From IMG/VR virus record IMGVR_UViG_3300032116_022045: a stretch of DNA of 64,000 nt. The stretch is one strand, 5' to 3'. Positions within the stretch are counted from its first letter, which is position 1. The number at the start of each line of letters is the position of its first letter. This DNA comes from a virus. Taxonomy: Duplodnaviria; Caudoviricetes. Both the position numbers and the translations under genes were made by a program. The notes under the pieces were generated by a model. That model was not told the DNA's origin and ran no database searches. It worked only from the letters and a program-made list of their open reading frames with translations. Shown here piece by piece: positions 56,692 through 64,000 of the stretch.

Positions 56692-56780
56692 ATTTTTTTC
56701 CGTTTAATATTTATTTTTATAATTTCTTTATTATAAATATTGATTTTTTAACAAAAGTTATAATAATGGAAAAAAATATT

Positions 56781-57047
56781 CTACAACTCTAAATAACCTT
56801 CATATCTATTTTGCATTTGTTCACCATTTATTCTATAATTATGAACACCTGAATATTCATTATTATACCAATAAATGTCAAAACTTATGTTTTTAAAGTT
56901 ATCTGGTTCTGGTGATGGCCAGTTATTTTTTCTAACTTCTTCAATTTTTACCAAAACATCATCTGGTATTTTCCAATCACCATCAATAGTTGAAGCTTCC
57001 CAATTATATCTATAAAAAAAATTAATGTTAAAATTATATTGTTCCAT
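56781..57047 (-). CDS. Small hypothetical protein (88 aa)
   Basis: Start moved to MEQY at 57047, 4 nt after the fibre stop; possible fibre chaperone by position. Confidence 0.6.
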   Translation of the reverse strand: MEQYNFNINFFYRYNWEASTIDGDWKIPDDVLVKIEEVRKNNWPSPEPDNFKNISFDIYWYNNEYSGVHNYRINGEQMQNRYEGYLEL

Positions 57048-57051
57048 ATTA

Positions 57052-60000
57052 TTAAATATTTGCATCTATTACATTATAAGGGGTTGTTACAAAATTTGTT
57101 ATACCAGAAAATGGTGTTGTATTAAAAGCACATAGATAAGTTGACGCACTAACAGTTGTTGTTGCATTTAAACTAAGACCAGAACCTGTTGATATAGCTC
57201 TTATACCAGTTAATTTAGCATTATTTTGTATTTGTGTTATTGCACTTTGATTTGCACCTAAAGCAATAAATTCACTATCTCTAACATAACCAGAAACTCT
57301 AGCTGTCCATTGACCTGTTTTATTAATTCTTAATCCAGTACCTGAAAAACCATTAGCGGTTGAACCACCAAAAGTTCTTTGTTCTGAACCACTTGATGTT
57401 GTGGCTTCACAATTAATAAAAATACCAGTAGCTGAACCATGTGAAAAACCACCAAAAGATGTTATTGCACCACTATTTGACCTAGCCATACAATTTATAA
57501 ACCTACCTGATGCTGTATTTGACCCATTAAAACCACCTTGATTACCACCAAACGAAGCATTTGCACCACCACCAGTAGATATTGCTGTACAATTAATAAA
57601 TTCACCTGACGCATTACCAGAACTACCACCACCAAAAGACCTATTAATATTAGATGATGAAGTCATAATACAATTTAAAAATCTACCGCTAGCTGTTTCA
57701 GTTGCAATTGAAACGGCTGTACCAAAACAATATATGTTTTCAAAATAACCAGATGATGTATTAAAACCACCGTCATTAACATTACCACCAAAACCATTTA
57801 TCTGAGCTAAGTTATTTACGTTAATATTTTTAAATGTACCTGATACAGTAGCACCAGCAATACCAAAAATATTTAAACCTGGGTAATTACTATGTCTTGT
57901 GACAACATTAATATTGTTAAATACACCAGTTATAGTTGTTGAGATACCACCAATGTCAATTCTATTTGGAAATACTGGATTTACTGCACCTATTTCAGTA
58001 AAAGTATTATAATTTATATTTGTAAACGTACCAGATAAAGTTGTTGCATTAAAAAGATTATATGTTATACAATTAAAAATACTATTACTATTTGGGAAAA
58101 AACAAACCAAATCAATATTATTAAACGAACCAGATAATGTACCAGCAGCAGTTGTTCCAGTAGCACTAAATAAATTCATTATAACGTGGTCAGTAGGATA
58201 AGTAGACCCAACACCAACAGCTAAAGTTAATAATTGTATTTGACTATATCTACCAGAAAAAGTAAAACTATTATTATGTATTCTTGTATTAACACCAGCA
58301 TTTGGTCCATATTTAAAAACAATATTGTTCCATTCTTCATTAGACCTAGTTGTAGTGTTAACACCATCAATACATAATCTAGCTGTAGTATTAGCATTAT
58401 TCTCTATTGTTAAATTTTTTAACCTATAGTTAGTAATTGAACCTAATGTAACAACTGTCGCACCTGAAGAGTAAATAACAGCTAAATTAGGGTCAGATGA
58501 TAAACCAATTATATCAATAAAATTGTTTGATAATGTGAATGTTGTTGAACCTATATCATAAACACCTGGTTGTAATATAATACTATATCTATTACTATTA
58601 GATAAAGCACTACCATATGGTGTTCTTGTTGTAGCATAAGTATATGCAGCTTTTAAATTGTTTCCGTTAGTCACTTGATTAGAACCAACAGTAACAATTA
58701 AAAATGATTCACCGCTATAAGCTAAACCATCTTGATAACCACTAATTGTAAACGTTCCGCCAGTATTATTTATAAAAGTCGTTACACCATTAGCGTAAGT
58801 ACCACCTGTAACAAACACATCACTTCCGCTACCAGTGCTTGTGCTAAAACCACTAACTGAAAATGTACCACCTGTATTATTTGTAAACACAGCTGTACCA
58901 GCAGAATAGGTACCACCTGTTACAAATACATCAGTATTTCCTGTAAATAAACCTGTTACATTAAATGTACCACCAGTATTATTCGTAAACAATATATTAC
59001 CATTAGAATAAGTACCACCAGTTACTGTAACATCTATTGGTAAATTCTGATATGTTGTTGCTGATATTGTATTTGAAAATAATGTACCACCAATTGTTGT
59101 GTTTCCAGTTATCGTATATGAACCATTAAGTGTTTTTGTATTAACCCAAACATCATAACCATTATAAGCACTATAAACCAATAAATCACCATATGTAGCA
59201 CCAGTTGCAATTACATTATGCAATTCATCTAATTCATAACCATTTTGTGGTTTAACATATAATTGACCATTACCAGCATTAGCTCTTTGAACAACACCGA
59301 TAAAAACAAGATGATATGGGGCATATTGTTTTGTTTTTGTAAAACCACCTGGAGTTGAATCAAGCCAAACAATATCACCTTCTGTGTAAGAACCCAAATT
59401 TAACCCATCAAGTGTACCTTGTGTAATTACATAACCTAAACCATTTACTGCTATTGTTTCTGCAACAACACCTAAAGTTTTTGAAGATGTTGTATCACCA
59501 GTATTTGATGCTCTTTTTACAGATAGTTTATCACCACTAGCACCAAAAATATAAACAACATCACCTTTATTTAACGTAACAGAATCAACGTTTTTAACAT
59601 AAGAAAAAACAGTTTCCCCAATTTTTTGTATGACATTACCACCAGTCATTGTCACTTGAGGAACACCAAAATCAGAATTCCAAGATATTTCACCAACATT
59701 TGGTGTTCCAGTATATGATGTGTTAAAACCTAAATAATTTATATTAGAAACACTTGTTGCTGTTACTGCATTAAAATTTGAATTACCAGTGACAGATAAA
59801 TTACCGTTAATTGTTAACCCTGTTAATGTATTAAATAAAACATTAAATGTACCACCAGTATTATTTCTAAATGTGAATGTATTATTAGAATATGTACTAC
59901 CAGTAACATTTACATCTATTGGTAAACCATAATAAGTTGTTGCAGAGACACTAGAACCACTAAATCCACCAGCAGCAGTAATAAATGATGTTATTACACC

Positions 60001-63000
60001 AGCAGTATTTTGACCTTCTAATAAATGTGTTGTTAAATCTGGACTTCCAGTACCATTTTGAATTGTTAACGCACCTAAAGTTGAATTTATTACGATTTCT
60101 GGAGTGGGACTATTATTATATGCTTGTTGAAGAGTAGTTGTTGATAAACCAGCTGTACCACCAAGAGCTTCACCAAATTTAGAAACTAATGTAAATATAG
60201 CATCATTTGTATTTGATAAATCAGTAGCACCATCTTTAACAGTTAAAAAACCAATAAGTATACCATTATCTCTATTATTGGAATATTCCACAAAAACTTC
60301 ACTTTGTATACCAGCTAAAGCTTTAGCTAATGTTGGATAATGAGTTTGACCATATTGTATTCTAATTAAACCTGTTGGAAATAAATAAATTCTTTGTGTT
60401 GTAAAAGCACCAGCACCTGGTACATCTGTAACGACTCCATTAACGTCATACTTTGTAGTATCAATTGTTGTTGTATCACCTAATGTACCACCTGTTTGAG
60501 TCCTATATGCAAATGTTGCAGGTGAACTACCAGATATAGTAACACTATTAGGATTAAGTTGGTCAGCATACCAATTAATACCATTACCCCATAAAACACC
60601 AGATGAAATGTTTATATTTAAATTAGCACCGTTAGGGCTAGGTATTACACCAATGTTTATTAATTTAAAAGATGTCCACATATCACGTAAAGCAGACATT
60701 GGACTAACATCAAAATCAGTTGTATTGTTTACATTAAGTATTGTTGTTCTACTAGGATGAACTACCTTACCTAAATATATATTTTGTCTTCTCTGTTGAG
60801 GTGTTGGAAAACTATTTTGTAAAGAAACTGTTGATGCGCTATTAATTAAAACATATGTTGCATCAGATGAACTTAAATAAGGTGTTGTTATCCCAGTCGT
60901 ACCACTATATATAATATTTATTACTTCTGGTAATGTAGCTTTTTCATATGTATTATTGACTATCCATCCTTTTAAAGGTGCTATTGAAAATAATGTATTG
61001 GAAACTTTTGTTAACCCAGTAAATTCATAAACCCCAGTTGATATTACATTACCTTCAAGTATATTTCTTTCAATACTAGTTAATGATAAGCTATTATCTT
61101 CATTATTAATATTAACATATATCTTACCTGTTGTTGAACCAGTTTCAATCACATAACCTATTTCATTAGTCCTAGAATTAAAAGATAAAGAAGAAGTAGT
61201 TGAAACATAATCACCATCATTATCATCAGATAAATATAATATATCACCGTTTGAAAAATTATTAAGGGTTATACCACTTAAAATACCATTATTTATGATT
61301 AAACCTTCTGAATTATTGGGTATGTTTTCAGCGGATAAACCAACGGGTCTTCTAGCATAAATAGTATTAATATTTTTAGCTAATGCGATACTTGGCAATC
61401 CATTTGATGTACCTGTTATTGTTACAACCTTACCTTTATTAATTTGGCTACCAGTGCTATTATAAACTCTGGTATATAGTTGTTGACCCATAGCAATAGG
61501 TACATTATTATTTAATATATCATAATAAGATAATGCTTTAGAACCATTATCAAAAAATACTCTACCACCAATTGCTATTGGGTTTGTTGTTCCAGTATTA
61601 AAATCAATATAATTAGTTACATTAATTGTATTAGCTGTTAAACCAGAATTAAATATAGTAGCACCAGTAACCGTACCACCACTTAATGGTAAATAAACAC
61701 CATTAAAACTATTTTGTGTTGTAAAACCAGTTAATGTAAATGTACCACCAGTATTATTTATAAAATTTGCAATACCAGTGTTTGAATTATAAGTACCTCC
61801 TGTAACAAACACATCAGTAGCACCAGTATAAAAACCATTTATTGTAAACGTACCACCAGTATTATTTCTGAAAGTAGCTGAACCATTAGAATAAGTACCA
61901 CCTGTAACAAACACATCAGTATTTCCTGTGAATAAACCTGTTACATTAAAAGTACCACCAGTATTATTTATAAATAATATATTACCATTAGAATAAGTAC
62001 CACCTGTTACAAATACATCAGTAGCACCAGTATAAAAACCAGTTAATGTAAACGTACCACCAGTATTATTTCTGAAAGTAGCTGAACCATTAGAATAGGT
62101 ACCACCAGTAACGAATACATCAGTAGCACCAGTATAAAAATTATTTACAGTGAATGTACCACCAGTGTTATTTGTGAAAGTGGCTATACCAGTATTTGGG
62201 TTATACGTACCACCTGTTACAAATACATCAGTATTTCCTGTAAATAAACCTGTTACGTTAAACGTACCACCAGTATTATTTGTAAATAATATGTTACCAT
62301 TAGAATAAGTACCACCTGTTACAAATACATCTGTAGCACCAGTATAAAAATTATTTATTGTAAATGTACCACCAGTATTATTTGTAAATGTTGCAACACC
62401 AGTACTTGGATTGTATGTCCCACCAGTAACAAACACATCTGTATTTCCTGTAAATAACCCAGTTATATTAAACGTGCCCCCAGTATTATTTGTAAACAGT
62501 ATATTACCATTAGAATAAGTACCACCTGTAACAAACACATCTAAAGGTAAGTTTTGATATGTGGTTGCTGATATTGTATTTGCAGTTATACCACCAGTAA
62601 AATTTGTTGCACCAGTTACTGTACCACCAGTAAATTGTGTTGAAGTACTAAAACCACTTAAAGTAAATGTACCACCAGTATTATTTGTGAAAATAGCTAT
62701 ACCAGTATTTGAATTATAAGTACCACCAGTAACAAATACATCTGTATTTCCTGTGAATAAACCATTAATTGTGAATGTACCACCACTATTATTTATTAAT
62801 GTTATAGAACCATTAGAATAAGTACCACCAGTAACAAATATGTCTGTAAAACCGCTTATACTTATGTTAGAACCATTTTTTAAACCTAATGATAATGTTT
62901 GACCGTTATAAGTTCCACCAGTAAGTGAATTACTATCAATAATATCACTTAATTGTGTTGAACCGCTAAAATAATTTGATGCCGTTATGTTATTAGCGTT

Positions 63001-63180
63001 TATATTATTATTTGTGAATATATCACCAATAACTGAAACTGTACCTACACCTAACAATATGCTTGTATTACCACTACAAGATAATATAGCGTTTGAATAA
63101 ACGCCAGTACAAGCTGTAAATGTTGGTTCAAGATTATCTACTGTTTGTATTATAAATGTTTCGTTTATATTATAACTCAT
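57052..63180 (-). CDS. Long modular tail fibre / receptor-binding protein
   Basis: 2042 aa, T/G/N-rich, about 14 copies of DVFVTGGTY...NNTGGTF, and a C-terminal beta-helix-like region with FGG repeats. Confidence 0.8.
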   Translation of the reverse strand: MSYNINETFIIQTVDNLEPTFTACTGVYSNAILSCSGNTSILLGVGTVSVIGDIFTNNNINANNITASNYFSGSTQLSDIIDSNSLTGGTYNGQTLSLGLKNGSNISISGFTDIFVTGGTYSNGSITLINNSGGTFTINGLFTGNTDVFVTGGTYNSNTGIAIFTNNTGGTFTLSGFSTSTQFTGGTVTGATNFTGGITANTISATTYQNLPLDVFVTGGTYSNGNILFTNNTGGTFNITGLFTGNTDVFVTGGTYNPSTGVATFTNNTGGTFTINNFYTGATDVFVTGGTYSNGNILFTNNTGGTFNVTGLFTGNTDVFVTGGTYNPNTGIATFTNNTGGTFTVNNFYTGATDVFVTGGTYSNGSATFRNNTGGTFTLTGFYTGATDVFVTGGTYSNGNILFINNTGGTFNVTGLFTGNTDVFVTGGTYSNGSATFRNNTGGTFTINGFYTGATDVFVTGGTYNSNTGIANFINNTGGTFTLTGFTTQNSFNGVYLPLSGGTVTGATIFNSGLTANTINVTNYIDFNTGTTNPIAIGGRVFFDNGSKALSYYDILNNNVPIAMGQQLYTRVYNSTGSQINKGKVVTITGTSNGLPSIALAKNINTIYARRPVGLSAENIPNNSEGLIINNGILSGITLNNFSNGDILYLSDDNDGDYVSTTSSLSFNSRTNEIGYVIETGSTTGKIYVNINNEDNSLSLTSIERNILEGNVISTGVYEFTGLTKVSNTLFSIAPLKGWIVNNTYEKATLPEVINIIYSGTTGITTPYLSSSDATYVLINSASTVSLQNSFPTPQQRRQNIYLGKVVHPSRTTILNVNNTTDFDVSPMSALRDMWTSFKLINIGVIPSPNGANLNINISSGVLWGNGINWYADQLNPNSVTISGSSPATFAYRTQTGGTLGDTTTIDTTKYDVNGVVTDVPGAGAFTTQRIYLFPTGLIRIQYGQTHYPTLAKALAGIQSEVFVEYSNNRDNGILIGFLTVKDGATDLSNTNDAIFTLVSKFGEALGGTAGLSTTTLQQAYNNSPTPEIVINSTLGALTIQNGTGSPDLTTHLLEGQNTAGVITSFITAAGGFSGSSVSATTYYGLPIDVNVTGSTYSNNTFTFRNNTGGTFNVLFNTLTGLTINGNLSVTGNSNFNAVTATSVSNINYLGFNTSYTGTPNVGEISWNSDFGVPQVTMTGGNVIQKIGETVFSYVKNVDSVTLNKGDVVYIFGASGDKLSVKRASNTGDTTSSKTLGVVAETIAVNGLGYVITQGTLDGLNLGSYTEGDIVWLDSTPGGFTKTKQYAPYHLVFIGVVQRANAGNGQLYVKPQNGYELDELHNVIATGATYGDLLVYSAYNGYDVWVNTKTLNGSYTITGNTTIGGTLFSNTISATTYQNLPIDVTVTGGTYSNGNILFTNNTGGTFNVTGLFTGNTDVFVTGGTYSAGTAVFTNNTGGTFSVSGFSTSTGSGSDVFVTGGTYANGVTTFINNTGGTFTISGYQDGLAYSGESFLIVTVGSNQVTNGNNLKAAYTYATTRTPYGSALSNSNRYSIILQPGVYDIGSTTFTLSNNFIDIIGLSSDPNLAVIYSSGATVVTLGSITNYRLKNLTIENNANTTARLCIDGVNTTTRSNEEWNNIVFKYGPNAGVNTRIHNNSFTFSGRYSQIQLLTLAVGVGSTYPTDHVIMNLFSATGTTAAGTLSGSFNNIDLVCFFPNSNSIFNCITYNLFNATTLSGTFTNINYNTFTEIGAVNPVFPNRIDIGGISTTITGVFNNINVVTRHSNYPGLNIFGIAGATVSGTFKNINVNNLAQINGFGGNVNDGGFNTSSGYFENIYCFGTAVSIATETASGRFLNCIMTSSSNINRSFGGGSSGNASGEFINCTAISTGGGANASFGGNQGGFNGSNTASGRFINCMARSNSGAITSFGGFSHGSATGIFINCEATTSSGSEQRTFGGSTANGFSGTGLRINKTGQWTARVSGYVRDSEFIALGANQSAITQIQNNAKLTGIRAISTGSGLSLNATTTVSASTYLCAFNTTPFSGITNFVTTPYNVIDANI
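61720..62844. repeat. Ten near-tandem 34-36 aa (about 102-108 bp) fibre repeats; further copies at about 59830-59916 and 58735-59034
   Basis: Counted from the translation; copies are highly similar at the DNA level. Confidence 0.9.
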
Positions 63181-64000
63181 GATGTTGTAGTTCCGTTTAA
63201 AACAAATTTTCCAGTTGTTAAATAATTTTTAAATACTTGTATATCTATTAAATCATTATTACTGAAAATTAATGGGGTTGTCAATACTGTACCATCAAAT
63301 ATTACAGAATTATTTCTTCTTATAATTATTCTACTAATATTTTCAATAGTATCTAAACTATTTAATATGGTTTCGTATTGAGCATTAAAATTAAATCTTG
63401 GGAATGATTTTGGTTTAAAAACGAATGTTAATTGAATAGTATTACCAACTCTTAATGGTTCAAATATAACGTCATTATATAATAATCTTTCATCTGTTTC
63501 AAGTGTTGTTACAACTCTATTTAATGTTGGAACAACTTCAAAATCATCTTCATTAACCAAATAACCTAAAAGTTTAATTTCAAATGATTGAACATAAAAA
63601 CGAGTTTCTTCAAATTCGTTAATATTACTTTCATCACTAATACCTTCTAATAAAAGTGGCATTGGATGACCTTTAACATTTATATAACATTGTCTAGATT
63701 GGAAAGCTCTTTGAATTAAACCATTAAATTTATTAAGGTCTTTCATTCTATTTGTAAATATTCTAACATTGTATGTTATATCAACAGAAACTGGTTGTGG
63801 TATCTTATATAAATCGACACCTTTCCTTACACCATCCCATGTTGGTACTTTCATATAGGTATATGTTCTATATGGTGGGATATTATATAAACCAGCTTGA
63901 TTTTGACCTTGTTGAATATCTGGTTGTCTAACAACAGTTATAAATGGTAAATCTATATTTCTGTATTCATCAGCAAATTGCCAAGTTTTTGTGAATTCAC
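63177..64000 (-). CDS. Tail terminator / sheath stabiliser (T4 gp15-like), 5' end outside the window
   Basis: The frame stays open upstream of 63854 to the edge (EFTKTWQFADEYRNIDLPFITVVRQP...); PQPVSVDITYNVRIFT motif. Confidence 0.65.
   Translation of the reverse strand, partial: EFTKTWQFADEYRNIDLPFITVVRQPDIQQGQNQAGLYNIPPYRTYTYMKVPTWDGVRKGVDLYKIPQPVSVDITYNVRIFTNRMKDLNKFNGLIQRAFQSRQCYINVKGHPMPLLLEGISDESNINEFEETRFYVQSFEIKLLGYLVNEDDFEVVPTLNRVVTTLETDERLLYNDVIFEPLRVGNTIQLTFVFKPKSFPRFNFNAQYETILNSLDTIENISRIIIRRNNSVIFDGTVLTTPLIFSNNDLIDIQVFKNYLTTGKFVLNGTTTS

Noticed and set aside
57052-63180. Diversity-generating retroelement target in the fibre
   Set aside because: No reverse transcriptase is in the window and I saw no TR/VR pair differing only at adenines; the repeats are ordinary coding repeats. 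A remote TR cannot be excluded.
1-64000. Stop-codon reassignment as in some huge phages
   Set aside because: All conserved genes are intact in code 11; TGA ends the tube, gp53-like and gp15-like genes, and TAG ends 56781-57047.
1-64000. tRNA, rRNA or structured ncRNA genes
   Set aside because: Intergenic gaps are short, AT-rich and explained by promoters and terminators; I recognised no cloverleaf or GC-rich structured segment.

Overview
AT-rich, gene-dense segment of a large T4-like (contractile-tailed) bacteriophage, standard genetic code. Every credible intact gene but one (the tail tube) is on the minus strand. The host is probably Bacteroidota, based on TTG/TTTG-N20-TAnnTTTG sigma-A promoters and SprB-like repeats. 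Order on the + coordinates: baseplate/tail structural block (1-18 kb); an array of three promoter/leader cassettes with variable C-termini (18.0-20.3 kb); a class Ia nrdA fractured into two genes by a naturally split intein, with a free-standing TnsA-like endonuclease between the halves (20.3-24.0 kb); a lone inverted tail tube gene; a second cluster of leader-bearing effector-like genes, including two ADP-ribosyltransferase-like proteins, one fused to a ParB-like domain (24.8-27.6 kb); nrdB, helicase, 5'-3' exonuclease, RecA/UvsX and SSB (27.7-33.8 kb); lysozyme, hub proteins (M23 and OmpA-like domains), a GC-free tract, tape measure, a gp26/gp51-like chaperone pair with a candidate +1 frameshift, tail sheath, a repeat-rich fibre and a gp15-like gene (35-64 kb). 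The most novel-looking signal is a modular 'load-and-inject' system: near-identical terminator + late promoter + 33-codon leader units (rich in I/L-x-E prohead-protease-like sites) fused to unrelated payload domains, with junctions that suggest shuffling. All domain calls are by eye from motifs; no searches were run.
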